Under the pieces are notes generated by a model, which did not search any database, was not told where the DNA came from, and worked only from the letters and a program-made list of their open reading frames with translations. From the NCBI GenBank assembly GCA_011364965.1, contig RDOB01000003.1, positions 400,939 through 464,938 of the forward strand: DNA of 64,000 bases, given 5' to 3'. The stretch's first letter is position 1, and the number at the start of each line of letters is the position of its first letter. Origin of the DNA: Candidatus Heimdallarchaeota archaeon (lineage in GTDB: Archaea > Asgardarchaeota > Heimdallarchaeia > Hodarchaeales > Hodarchaeaceae). Positions 31,713 through 42,066 of this stretch are shown piece by piece. The position numbers were made by a program, and so were the translations under genes.

Positions 31713-33293
31713 ATGAATAAGAACATGAATGAAGAAAAATATATCCTAGCAATTGATCACGGAACTTCTGGAATAAAAGCTGCCTTAGTATCAGTCTATG
31801 GAGAAATTATTGACTTTGTATTTAAATCGACTCCAATTTATCTAAAGGAGAAAGGAGGAGCGGAACAAAATCCAGATGAGTGGTGGGAAGCATTGATAAA
31901 AACATCGCAATATTTAATTGACAAACAGCTTATACCTATAGATAATATTGTAGGGGTTTGTTGTTCGAGTCAATGGTCTGGAACAGTTCCAGTAGACAAA
32001 AATGGAGACTATTTAAAAAATGCAATAATATGGATGGACTCACGTGGAGCACCTTATGTCAAGAAAAGGTTGCGTGGATTAATAAAAGTTTCAGGATATC
32101 CAGTTCAAGATATTATAAGGTTTGTCAGAAAATCAGGAGGAGCTCCATCGCTTTCAGGTAAAGATCCTATTGCTCACATTTTATATCTTCAATATGAAGA
32201 ACCAGACATTTATCAACATACACAAGTATTTCTTGAACCCAAAGATTACTTGAATTTTAAATTAACAGGTAAAATTGCAGCATCTTTCGATTCAATTATG
32301 TTGCATTGGGTCACAAATATTCAAGACATTAATAATATTCACTATGACAAATCGTTAATAAGAAGACTCGGGGTTTCTAAGGATAAGTTCCCTAAATTAA
32401 TGCAAGCAACAGATGTTTTGGGTACGGTTAGAAGTGAAGTTGCTGATATATTAGGAATTAACAACAACGTAAAAGTCGTGATGGGGTCTCCCGATCTCCA
32501 ATCAGCTATAATAGGATCAGGAGCAGTTCAAGATTATCAAGGACATATTTATATTGGTACAAGTTCTTGGATTATAACTCATGTTCCTTTTAAGAAGACC
32601 GATATTTTTCATAATATAGCTACTTTACCCTCTGCAATTCCTGGAAGATATTTCACAGCAAATGAGCAGGAAAGTGCTGGACAATGCTTGAATTTCCTGC
32701 GGGATAACATATTTTATTCAGATGATGAGGAATATTTTGGCAAGCAAGAAGTCTATCAAATGTTTGATCGATTAGCGGAACAGGTCGCCCCAGGAAGTGA
32801 AAATTTAATTTTTGCTCCATGGCTTTATGGGGAACGGACTCCCATAGATGACCATTATGTTCGCGGAATTATATTTAATTTATCTTTAAACTCGAAAAAA
32901 GAACAAATTGTACGAGCAGCCTTTGAAGGTGTTGCATATAACTCACGATGGGTATTGAAATACCTTGAAGCTTTTACAAAAAGAAAATTAGATCCTCTAA
33001 ACATCATTGGTGGAGGAGCGCAATCAGATATTTGGGTACAAATTTATGCTGATGTATTAAACAAACGAATTAAAAGAATAAAGGATCCTTTACAAGCAAA
33101 TGCAAGGGGCGCAGCATTTATCGCCTCAGTTGGATTAGGATATATAAATTTCAATCAAATTCCCAGATTAACACAATATTCGGGAGAATTTTCTCCAATC
33201 AGAGAAAATGTTAAAATTTATAATCAGCTTTTCAAGGAGTTTTTAAACCTCTATAAACATAATAAAAAGGCATTTCAAAAGTTAAATCATTAA
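31713..33293 (+). CDS. FGGY-family carbohydrate kinase (xylulokinase-like)
   Basis: AIDHGTSGIK, WMDSR, GTSSW, GERTP, EGVAY and GGGAQS. Confidence 0.92.
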   Translation: MNKNMNEEKYILAIDHGTSGIKAALVSVYGEIIDFVFKSTPIYLKEKGGAEQNPDEWWEALIKTSQYLIDKQLIPIDNIVGVCCSSQWSGTVPVDKNGDYLKNAIIWMDSRGAPYVKKRLRGLIKVSGYPVQDIIRFVRKSGGAPSLSGKDPIAHILYLQYEEPDIYQHTQVFLEPKDYLNFKLTGKIAASFDSIMLHWVTNIQDINNIHYDKSLIRRLGVSKDKFPKLMQATDVLGTVRSEVADILGINNNVKVVMGSPDLQSAIIGSGAVQDYQGHIYIGTSSWIITHVPFKKTDIFHNIATLPSAIPGRYFTANEQESAGQCLNFLRDNIFYSDDEEYFGKQEVYQMFDRLAEQVAPGSENLIFAPWLYGERTPIDDHYVRGIIFNLSLNSKKEQIVRAAFEGVAYNSRWVLKYLEAFTKRKLDPLNIIGGGAQSDIWVQIYADVLNKRIKRIKDPLQANARGAAFIASVGLGYINFNQIPRLTQYSGEFSPIRENVKIYNQLFKEFLNLYKHNKKAFQKLNH

Positions 33294-33345
33294 TCATCGG
33301 GAGTATTAATCTAAATGTTTTTGAAGTATAAATTGGAGATCTAAT

Positions 33346-34719
33346 ATGATAGATGGCCCAAAAATCACAATAATTGGCGCGGGAAGTGCAAGTTTTGGCT
33401 TAGAGAATTTAACTGGAATATTGAATAACAGAAAATTTCAGAATTCGGCCGAATTAGTATTAGTTGATATTAATGAACCAAATCTCCTCAAAATATTTCA
33501 TTTGGCAAAACTAATCAACCGAGAATGGAAATCTAACATAAAAATCTCCATGTGCACAAATAGGAAGGAAGCACTTCCCGATAGTGATTTCGTTATTCTT
33601 TCCGTGGCTCAAGATCGGGAAGATACTTGGTTCAAAGATTATAAAATTGGTATTAAGCATAATATTTGGCATTATGCAGAAAATGGAGGACCAGGAAGTT
33701 TTGGACATACAGCGCGAGGTTTAGCGTTCATTATACCTATTTTAACTGATATTCATGACCTAATCCCTGACGCGTGGCTTATTAACTTTACTAATCCCCT
33801 TCCACGGATTGGGTATGCTGCTCAAAAGGCTGGAGTAAAATTTATCGGTCTATGTCATCAAATTTGGCATGGTTATGGAATACTGGGACGATATCTAGCT
33901 AAAGACTTAGAAATCACATCTGATTTGGACTTAGAGTATAAATGGACAGATGAAAACCAAGGAAAATTTGCTAATTTCACTAGCAAAGCCATTCAGGAAT
34001 ATAATATCAAAGCTGCAGGACTAAATCATTTTACATGGATGCTGGAAATAAAGAAGAAGTCAACAGGAGAAGAAATGTATCCTCGAATAAAGAATGAGGC
34101 AAAGAATATTAATCGAAATTTTGAACCCCTAACCCAAAAAATGTTTGAGATTTTTGGTTTTCTTCCCGTACCAGGTGATTGTCATTTAGCTGAATACTTA
34201 CCTTATACTTATAAGAAAGAGAATTGGAGTCAATATAACATTCAACTTTATGACTTTAATCGGGGTAAAAAGCAACGAATGGCTATGTGGACGAAAATTA
34301 ACAACATAATTAGTAATAAACAAGTTTTAGATCTCACCCCTAATTATTTAGAAAGAGGGGATGAAGTTATAGCCGCTATTGCATATGATGACAACACTTC
34401 TGAACAAGCTGTCAATATAATAAATCATGGAGTAATAAGCAATCTACCTAGAGATGCAATTATAGAACTTCCAGCTTCCCTCAATAAAAACGGTCCCAAA
34501 GGAATCAAAATTGGCAAACTACCTGAAGGAATTGCTGCGTTGTGTGTAAAGGAAATATCTATCGCAAAATTGATCACTGATGCCTCAATAGAAGGAGACA
34601 GATTAAAAGCACTACAAGCGTTTTCATTAATGCTTGATGACCTTCAATTAGCTGAAAATCTTCTTAATGACTACTTAAGTGAACATAAAAAATATCTACC
34701 TCAATTTTTTAAGGCATAA
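33346..34719 (+). CDS. GH4 NAD-dependent glycosidase (alpha-galactosidase-like)
   Basis: IIGAGSASF, NFTNP, GLCH and GLNHFTW. Confidence 0.9.
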   Translation: MIDGPKITIIGAGSASFGLENLTGILNNRKFQNSAELVLVDINEPNLLKIFHLAKLINREWKSNIKISMCTNRKEALPDSDFVILSVAQDREDTWFKDYKIGIKHNIWHYAENGGPGSFGHTARGLAFIIPILTDIHDLIPDAWLINFTNPLPRIGYAAQKAGVKFIGLCHQIWHGYGILGRYLAKDLEITSDLDLEYKWTDENQGKFANFTSKAIQEYNIKAAGLNHFTWMLEIKKKSTGEEMYPRIKNEAKNINRNFEPLTQKMFEIFGFLPVPGDCHLAEYLPYTYKKENWSQYNIQLYDFNRGKKQRMAMWTKINNIISNKQVLDLTPNYLERGDEVIAAIAYDDNTSEQAVNIINHGVISNLPRDAIIELPASLNKNGPKGIKIGKLPEGIAALCVKEISIAKLITDASIEGDRLKALQAFSLMLDDLQLAENLLNDYLSEHKKYLPQFFKA

Positions 34720-34731
34720 TAGCTTTAGGCG

Positions 34732-35388
34732 GTGTTTATCATAAAAATAAAATTAATTATTTTTGATCTCGATGATACGTTAGTTAATAGTAAGTTGGAT
34801 TATTCAGGAATTCGAAAGAAGATAGCAAAACTTTACAGTGAACCTCCCTCCCCTTCAGAAGTTCAGAAAACACCAATTTTACGGTTATTGGAGAAATTAA
34901 CATTTATTCATCCAGATAGAGCTGACCAAGGAAAAAAAATTCTTTCCGAGGAAGAGAAAAAGGCTGCAATAGAAGCTGAGGTAATAACTGGTGCAGAAGA
35001 AGTACCTAAATTATTGAAAAAGTACGATATTTTAGCAGTAATTTATACAAATAATTCTCAGGAGTCTGTGTCTCATTATTTGAATCAGGATCGATTCGCA
35101 TTTTTGAAGGATATCCCCATATATACTCGTGAGCAATTTGAGAACGTAAAACCTCATCCAGAAGGTATTCTTAAGATTCTTGAATTGTATCAACAACAGA
35201 ATATAACACCTGATAATTCAGTTTACATAGGAGATTCTTATCTTGACGCATTAGCTGCACATAATGCGAAAATTAAATTTATTTGGTTTAAATCGAGAGA
35301 TCAATATGAAAATCCCATCCCAACAATACCCTATGCCACATTGACACATTGGAAGGATTTTGAAGATTTTTTACAAAACCACATTTAA
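34732..35388 (+). CDS. HAD-superfamily hydrolase
   Basis: FDLDDT, TNN, KPHP and IGDSYLD. Confidence 0.9.
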   Translation: MFIIKIKLIIFDLDDTLVNSKLDYSGIRKKIAKLYSEPPSPSEVQKTPILRLLEKLTFIHPDRADQGKKILSEEEKKAAIEAEVITGAEEVPKLLKKYDILAVIYTNNSQESVSHYLNQDRFAFLKDIPIYTREQFENVKPHPEGILKILELYQQQNITPDNSVYIGDSYLDALAAHNAKIKFIWFKSRDQYENPIPTIPYATLTHWKDFEDFLQNHI

Positions 35389-35608
35389 TCTGTATTATAT
35401 TCTAATCCCTCGAGAAAGCACATATAGACGAATATCTCAATAAAAAGCTGTTCGAGGATTAGAGATTTTTAGATCAGTTTTTATGTGCAAATATATTAAG
35501 CAATCTTAAAAATAAAAAAATTCTGATGATATTATGATTTTTATCGGATAGAAATCTATATTTCTCACTCTAGAACTAAAAAAAAAATGAGCTAGGTGCT
35601 ATGTATAT

Positions 35609-35815
35609 ATGAGAAAATTCGCATTCCAAGAACTTGCTTATGCAATTGTAGTTGCTACTTCCTATGGGGCACTGATGGGAATGTTGTTTAATGCGTATTC
35701 AGATGTCATCTTCTTCCTCCTGTGGGTACTTTTAATTTGCGCACACCTAGCAGGTATTTATCTTATTGCCTATCTTGAAGAAAAGAATGAAAAAAAGAGA
35801 AATCCTAATGATTAA
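35609..35815 (+). CDS. Small two-TM membrane protein
   Basis: Two hydrophobic helices, a charged tail and an AGGTG RBS. Confidence 0.6.
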   Translation: MRKFAFQELAYAIVVATSYGALMGMLFNAYSDVIFFLLWVLLICAHLAGIYLIAYLEEKNEKKRNPND

Positions 35816-35834
35816 CGCACTAGGAAGATCTTGA

Positions 35835-37094
35835 ATGGATAAAGAAGAATTAAATCTCTCTCATTCCCTATTTGAGGATTCATTAATTAATATTATTCCT
35901 TTCTTCGGCCCAAAGATCATCAATCGATTCCCTATTATACAATATGGGAGCTCAATTCCAATTTATGGATCTCTAATGATTCTTTTTTTTATCACAACAG
36001 GATTCTCAGTTCAAAAGGGAATATTGCTTGGAAGCACAACAATTGGCATCATTCTTTGGTCATTTTCCTTCAATCGAATCACAGATCAGTATAGAAATCT
36101 GAAATGTCCTAAAAACCTAAAAAACGGGATTAGAGTATACAAAAGATTCTATAACGTCCTCATTTCTAAGTATTCTCTAGCTTGTACGATTCTTTTCTCT
36201 TTAATAGGAATTTTGTATATTATTTCGTCAAATGTAATAAAAAATTTTCTTTTAGCTTTCAATCTTTCATCTGAGAGTCCATTTCAGCAAAAAGGAATGT
36301 TTATGTTTCTTTGTTTTGTTTTATTATTTGCTATTAGTATTCGAGTTGTATCTTCAGGATTTGCTATATTAGCTATATTTTATAGAAACTACTTATTTTC
36401 TGACTATATCCATAAAAAAAATAAAGGAAATCTGCATTTACTACCATATATAGCTATTACAACTGCCTTTGATAGAACAATTTTCCAGTCTTTCTTTATA
36501 TTTCTATTCTGGCTGCCTATCCCCCTTCTGCTAGAAGATTCGATTCTGATTTCTCTATTCATTATCATATTCATCGTTGCGATATTCTCATTGTTAATCA
36601 ATTCCATTTGGCTACGAAGAATTCGAGCTACTTCTATATCAAAGACTGTTTCCCAAGCTTTAAGACAGGAGTACCATGGGTTCTTCGCTTCTGTATCTTT
36701 GGCAAATAAACCACATATCACCCCGATTCTGTTTGGTTTTGATGGAGTAAATCTGTATTTCAACACTTCTATTGTATCCAAAAAGATAAAAAATCTTCAA
36801 CATCAAAATCGAGTAAGTTTAATACTAAAAACTGAGGATGGGTTCCATAAAATAATTTATTATGGAAAATCTCATGTTTATGGTCATAATACTTTCTGGA
36901 CTATCTTATATTTCATGATGTTTTGGCCAGAATTATTTTTTGCATACAAGATTTTGCAAAGGAAGTACCGAGAAGTATTAGAATATTATCAGAATAAAAA
37001 TCTTCCGTTACGTTGGTCACCGAAACCTTTCATTGCACGAACGATGATCAAAATAATCCCTGAAAAAATAGTAATCCTACCCTTTGAGTTATAA
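35835..37094 (+). CDS. Multi-TM protein fused to a PNPOx-like (FMN/F420 split-barrel) domain
   Basis: About 6 TM helices, then KPHITPILF...YFNTSIVSKKIKNLQHQNRVSL. Confidence 0.72.
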   Translation: MDKEELNLSHSLFEDSLINIIPFFGPKIINRFPIIQYGSSIPIYGSLMILFFITTGFSVQKGILLGSTTIGIILWSFSFNRITDQYRNLKCPKNLKNGIRVYKRFYNVLISKYSLACTILFSLIGILYIISSNVIKNFLLAFNLSSESPFQQKGMFMFLCFVLLFAISIRVVSSGFAILAIFYRNYLFSDYIHKKNKGNLHLLPYIAITTAFDRTIFQSFFIFLFWLPIPLLLEDSILISLFIIIFIVAIFSLLINSIWLRRIRATSISKTVSQALRQEYHGFFASVSLANKPHITPILFGFDGVNLYFNTSIVSKKIKNLQHQNRVSLILKTEDGFHKIIYYGKSHVYGHNTFWTILYFMMFWPELFFAYKILQRKYREVLEYYQNKNLPLRWSPKPFIARTMIKIIPEKIVILPFEL

Positions 37095-37123
37095 GATTTA
37101 CTAAGGAGGAGAAATACTCAAAT

Positions 37124-37537
37124 CTATTTTTTTGTTCGGATTGTCTTGAAATATGGACCTCTCCACATAACTATTTTAGTAACTTTTCCCTCAAATAATT
37201 GGACCATCTCTTTCAACTTCTCGTTAATATTTATTTTATCGATCAAATCTTGATTAAAGGGAAGAGCAGTGAGTCTTCCTTCAAACATTAGACCAGAATT
37301 TTTTGTAGGATCCTCTAAATGAATTTCATCTATTGTAAAAGTGTAATAAGAGTTATTAGATAAATTTTTAATGATTTTGGAAGTGTTTTTAATAATAAAG
37401 AGCAATGAGGACTCAGAAAGGGGAATAAAGGGAACGAAATCGATAATGGGAATATTATATACCGAAATAGTAGAAATTGCGCCGACAGAGTTATTATCAA
37501 GAATTCTCTTAAGAGCAAACGGGATTTTAGAAAACAT
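37124..37537 (-). CDS. PNPOx-like split-barrel protein
   Basis: GAISTIS..PIIDFVPF..SKIIKNLSNN..FTIDE..GLMFEG. ATG 37537 lies 8 nt after the ATPase stop. Confidence 0.65.
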   Translation of the reverse strand: MFSKIPFALKRILDNNSVGAISTISVYNIPIIDFVPFIPLSESSLLFIIKNTSKIIKNLSNNSYYTFTIDEIHLEDPTKNSGLMFEGRLTALPFNQDLIDKININEKLKEMVQLFEGKVTKIVMWRGPYFKTIRTKK

Positions 37538-37545
37538 ATGATTTC

Positions 37546-39621
37546 TTAACGTAATAAACGTAATGAGTTTAAAATAGTTAATAAAGCAACTCCCATATCT
37601 CCAAAAACAGCTACCCACATACTAGCAAGGCCAATAGCTCCGAGAAAAATAAAAACCCCTTTTAATACTAGTGCAAAAATAATATTCTGTTTCGCTATTT
37701 TACTGGTTTTTTTTGCGATTTTTATAGATTGAGGAAGTTTAGAGGGATTATTATCCATAATCACCAAATCTGCGGCCTCAATTGTCGCATCGGAACCGAA
37801 TGCCATCGCTATTCCTATATCCGCTCGTGCTATTACGGGAGCATCATTTATACCATCCCCAACAAATGCAACATACTTATTTCCTGTTTGGACTTGTATG
37901 TATTTCTCTAGAATTTCTAATTTATTCAAAGGCATTAAACTAGCATAAACACGATCAATTCCAACCTGATTTGCAACTCTCTGTGCAATTCGTTTTGTAT
38001 CTCCTGTTAATAAAGCGATATCAGTAATATTTAAAGACTTTAACTCTTTAATGGTTTGTTGAGCAGTTGCTTTAACTTGATCATCAATTATGATATGGCC
38101 AATATATTTGCTATTTAGTACAACATAAACTGCTGTTTCATGCTGTATACACTCAGTATGTAAACAATCAATTTCGTGGATCATTTTATCATTGCCTACA
38201 ACGATAAAATTATCATCAGTGGTTTTCATAGAAATCCCCAAAGCTGGTAATTCTTCGTATTCAGCAATTAATGAGGAATCGATTGCTTTTCCATATGCTT
38301 CACGAATCGAAATCGCAATGGGATGATTCGATTGGCTTTCAGCTAAGGCTGCATAATACAATATATCATTAGGAGAATAGCTAAGTGTAGGAACTATGGT
38401 AACAACCTTAAACTTACCAATTGTAAGAGTTCCAGTCTTATCGAATAACACTGTAGATATATTTGTTAATTTATCAAGAGTATTAGCTCCTTTAAGTAAG
38501 ATACCATCTTTTGAGCTTTTCCCAATGCCAGAAAAATAAACCAAGGGAATAGAGACAACAAGGGCACATGGACAAGAAATAACCAGCACAACAAGCGCGC
38601 GATAGATCCACTCATTAAGCGACCCTCCAAATATCAGGGGGGGAATGATAGCCAGAAATAGAGCTGAAAATAGAACAAATGGAGTATAATATCGCGCAAA
38701 TCGTGTAATGAATAATTCTGTTTTGGATTTTTTTTCCGTTGCATTTTCCACCGCATTAAGTATTCTTGATACAGTTGAATCATAATAATGAGATGTTACT
38801 TTAATATGAAGGCTACCAGAGGGAATAGACCCAGAGAGAATTTCCATCCCTGCCTCAACATCAATAGGATGGCTTTCCCCAGTTAAAAAGGACATATCAA
38901 GAGTTGTTTGACCCTGAAGGATTTCTCCATCTAGTGGTACACGTTCTCCAGGTTTAACAAGTATCGTATCTCCAAGACTAATTTCAGAGATTGGGACATT
39001 TACAATTTCAGATCCATTTTCTTTATGTGCAACATCAGGCCTAATGTCAATAAGCGAACTTATGGCATGTCGGGAATGGTTCACCGCACGAGTTTGAAGG
39101 TATTCCCCAATCGTATAAAATACCATTACTGCTACTGCTTCAGGAATTTCATTGATAAAAATTGCCCCTAAAGTGGCAATAGACATCAAAAAATATTCAT
39201 TCGTAAAATCAGCTCGCTTAAGCTGTAAAAATGCTTTATAAAGAACTTTCCAGCCACTTATGATATACGCGAGAAATAAAAAAATGTTTCCTAGATGGAA
39301 AAAGGGGATTATAGGATCCGTTGTCGCAAACACTCCGAAAAATAGGAGTATTAATGCTAACCCGATTTGATATAAAGGAGATTTTGTGGGATATTTTCCT
39401 TCCATTGAATTTATCTTATAAGGAATAACCTTAATATCAGGTTCAATTGATGAAACAATCCCTTTAATGGTTTTTAAGTCATCAGATGCTATAGAAAGTG
39501 ATTGAGTAACCAAGTTTACTTTCACATCAGAAAAATTATAATTTTTCAATGCCTCTTCGATTTTTAAAGCGCAATCAGCGCAGTTTAGATTTTCAAGATT
39601 ATATCTGTTTAGAGGAGACAT
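37546..39621 (-). CDS. P1B-type heavy-metal ATPase (CadA/ZntA-like)
   Basis: N-terminal CADC, TGES, CPC in the TM helix, DKTGT, HP and GDGIND. Confidence 0.95.
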   Translation of the reverse strand: MSPLNRYNLENLNCADCALKIEEALKNYNFSDVKVNLVTQSLSIASDDLKTIKGIVSSIEPDIKVIPYKINSMEGKYPTKSPLYQIGLALILLFFGVFATTDPIIPFFHLGNIFLFLAYIISGWKVLYKAFLQLKRADFTNEYFLMSIATLGAIFINEIPEAVAVMVFYTIGEYLQTRAVNHSRHAISSLIDIRPDVAHKENGSEIVNVPISEISLGDTILVKPGERVPLDGEILQGQTTLDMSFLTGESHPIDVEAGMEILSGSIPSGSLHIKVTSHYYDSTVSRILNAVENATEKKSKTELFITRFARYYTPFVLFSALFLAIIPPLIFGGSLNEWIYRALVVLVISCPCALVVSIPLVYFSGIGKSSKDGILLKGANTLDKLTNISTVLFDKTGTLTIGKFKVVTIVPTLSYSPNDILYYAALAESQSNHPIAISIREAYGKAIDSSLIAEYEELPALGISMKTTDDNFIVVGNDKMIHEIDCLHTECIQHETAVYVVLNSKYIGHIIIDDQVKATAQQTIKELKSLNITDIALLTGDTKRIAQRVANQVGIDRVYASLMPLNKLEILEKYIQVQTGNKYVAFVGDGINDAPVIARADIGIAMAFGSDATIEAADLVIMDNNPSKLPQSIKIAKKTSKIAKQNIIFALVLKGVFIFLGAIGLASMWVAVFGDMGVALLTILNSLRLLR

Positions 39622-39973
39622 CTCAAAATATCCTAATAGATTAAATAATATTAAGATTGTTCATTGGAATCCTTTAAAATAAGTTGAATTTTAAATCATT
39701 AAATTTCATGTTTATTCATTCTTGATTTGATCAGAATAGCTGAAATTGGCATTTTGACCTTGAATTCGTCCCTAGATCAAAGGTATTTTTATATAATTCA
39801 ATTTTATTATCAGAAAAAAATCGAATTGGATCCGAATCTCTAAATTCCTGAAATTGATTGATTATATAAATTTTGAAGATCAGATAACAATTGTTAATAA
39901 TAATATAAATAGTTCCCTCTATTAGAATCAAAATGCCAAGTGGTTAAAAATATTCGAGGATGAGACTGTAACC

Positions 39974-40159
39974 ATGGATGAATATCTATTATGTGAAGTA
40001 TGTTCTGAAAAGAAGCCTATACCGCAGCATTGCGGGAAAGTTATGCATTTAGAAATGTATCAAGGAAAGGAAATGTTGATTTGCTGGATGGGATCTACAT
40101 GTGGAGTACAGGAACTCCCATATCATCACAATCAACCAATGAAAATTAAACACAGTTAA
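39974..40159 (+). CDS. Small Cys/His metal-binding protein with two desulforedoxin-like repeats
   Basis: CEVC..PQHCGKVM and CWMGSTC..PYHHNQPM. Confidence 0.7.
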   Translation: MDEYLLCEVCSEKKPIPQHCGKVMHLEMYQGKEMLICWMGSTCGVQELPYHHNQPMKIKHS

Positions 40160-40215
40160 TAAATAATAATTTTTGGGCTAAAATAGAACGGATTACATAT
40201 TATTCTTTATAGAGA

Positions 40216-41193
40216 GTGTTTTGCATGGCATATGAAATTATTGGAGACATTATTTTCAGTTTCGTCACAGCCCTACGAGAGGTTCTTGAAGCTGCCCTAA
40301 TTATCGGAATTGTTTCTAGCTATATCTCGAAAGTAAAACGAAAAGATTTACTTAAAGAAATCTGGTTAGGAGTAATTACAGCAACTGTATTCAGTATAGC
40401 AATGGCTTGGTTTTTTCTCAATATGTTCAGCGGCCTTGAGGAATACCAAAAGCTCTTTGAGTCTATAATAATGTTTATTGCGGCTGGTGTTTTAACTTGG
40501 ATGGTTTTTTGGATGTCACGTCAATCCAAATCGATTAAATCAGAAATGGAAGAGAAAATTGACCAAATCATAACTACCCAACAAAAAACTGGCTTATTCT
40601 TACTGGTTTTCTTTTCTGTCGTAAGGGAAGGGGCGGAATTAGTCCTTTTTCTATTCGCAAATTACACTGGAAACATAGAGGAAGCTGGGATTTACATTGC
40701 TTTAGGAACAACAATTCTTGGGTTTACTCTTGGACTTATTTTGGCCGTTATAATGGCATATATAATTTTCAAGACAACTTATATGTTAGATTTGAAAAAA
40801 TTCTTCCAAATTACAAGTTTTATATTAATTATTTTTGCTGCAGGACTATTAGCTCATGGTATTCATGAATTTTACGAATTTCTTGAAATCACGAATACAG
40901 ACTTCGCAAGGTCTTTCATCTGGACTGAATTATGGAATATAAATGATGGTATATTAGGAAATATATTTCAATTTGTGTTCGGATGGAGCTATGATCCACA
41001 ATATCCTCTCAGATTTGAAAAAAGTGTTATTGGAGGCATTTTTGCAGGATTGTTTGGATGGAACGATAACCCGGCACTTCTAGAAGTATTAGGTTACATC
41101 TCATATTATTTAGCAATTTTAATAATACTTATGAAGGGAAATTTACGAAATCCCTCAACCAAAACGAATGAAGATAGTACTTTGCTACAGTAA
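40216..41193 (+). CDS. FTR1/EfeU family iron permease
   Basis: Two RExxE motifs (REVLE, REGAE), GIHEF and about 7 TM helices. Confidence 0.93.
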   Translation: MFCMAYEIIGDIIFSFVTALREVLEAALIIGIVSSYISKVKRKDLLKEIWLGVITATVFSIAMAWFFLNMFSGLEEYQKLFESIIMFIAAGVLTWMVFWMSRQSKSIKSEMEEKIDQIITTQQKTGLFLLVFFSVVREGAELVLFLFANYTGNIEEAGIYIALGTTILGFTLGLILAVIMAYIIFKTTYMLDLKKFFQITSFILIIFAAGLLAHGIHEFYEFLEITNTDFARSFIWTELWNINDGILGNIFQFVFGWSYDPQYPLRFEKSVIGGIFAGLFGWNDNPALLEVLGYISYYLAILIILMKGNLRNPSTKTNEDSTLLQ

Positions 41194-41207
41194 CCTAAAA
41201 AATATAT

Positions 41208-42023
41208 CTAACGAAGTAAACCCCCAAGAACTGTGATTTCTATCCCACGGTTCTCCAATTCATTCAATAATGGATTTATCCCAATAGAATCAGATACTAG
41301 ATGCCCTGTTATCAATAATTGCCCTTTTTGAATACTTAATATTTGAAATAAATCTGCCGGGGTAATATGGATGTATATAACAGTATCTAGTCCATACTTA
41401 TAATATAAATTGGCAATTGTAAATCCTCCATTTGTAAACGCGCCGTGGCTAAAAATCCAGTTCCCAAGTTGATCAGAAGAAGAACCTTTAGCAATTTCAA
41501 TTCTTGTTTGAGCCTTTGAAAACTCAGGAATAGAGGATTCTAAATGAATTATTACATCATCAAGGGTAGGATAAGAAGCTTTTTTGCATAATTCCTCTAT
41601 TGCTTGCGTGATTATTTGTCTACCAAGTTCATCAGAGGGACAATGGATATTAAGGAATGGCATCTTAATTAATCGAGCGAAAGCAGGTATCGAATCATAA
41701 TTCCTTGCATGGGCTCCAAATTTAAATCCTATAAGCTTTTCTTCAATTACGGCACGAGCTTCTTCTCCTGGTATGTTCTTGCTCTTTAATTGCTTCAAGT
41801 GTTGCCAAAATACTTTATAATGGTTTACCAAACCCACAGGATGATGAGCAACCACGGCATCATAATTGTTCTCTTTTGCATATTGAAGTTCCGCGACTCC
41901 GATATCAATTCCGTATAAAATTCGCTTAATGTCTGAACCTGAAACATAAATTGCAGAGTCAGCTGGGATTTCGGTCATTTCAACAAGATCCAATGAAATT
42001 TTCATGATATCCTCTGTATTCAT
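41208..42023 (-). CDS. Nif3-like dinuclear metal-centre protein
   Basis: GID, AHHP, IHCPSD and GHLVSDSIG. Confidence 0.8.
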   Translation of the reverse strand: MNTEDIMKISLDLVEMTEIPADSAIYVSGSDIKRILYGIDIGVAELQYAKENNYDAVVAHHPVGLVNHYKVFWQHLKQLKSKNIPGEEARAVIEEKLIGFKFGAHARNYDSIPAFARLIKMPFLNIHCPSDELGRQIITQAIEELCKKASYPTLDDVIIHLESSIPEFSKAQTRIEIAKGSSSDQLGNWIFSHGAFTNGGFTIANLYYKYGLDTVIYIHITPADLFQILSIQKGQLLITGHLVSDSIGINPLLNELENRGIEITVLGGLLR

Positions 42024-42066
42024 TTTTAAATCACTTTACTGATTAATCTCACCTATTCAATTAGAA

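Noticed and set aside
39731-39931. 66-aa ORF in the ATPase/FTR1 divergent spacer
   Set aside because: AT-rich, I/N/F-biased, no RBS or motif. Probably promoter DNA.
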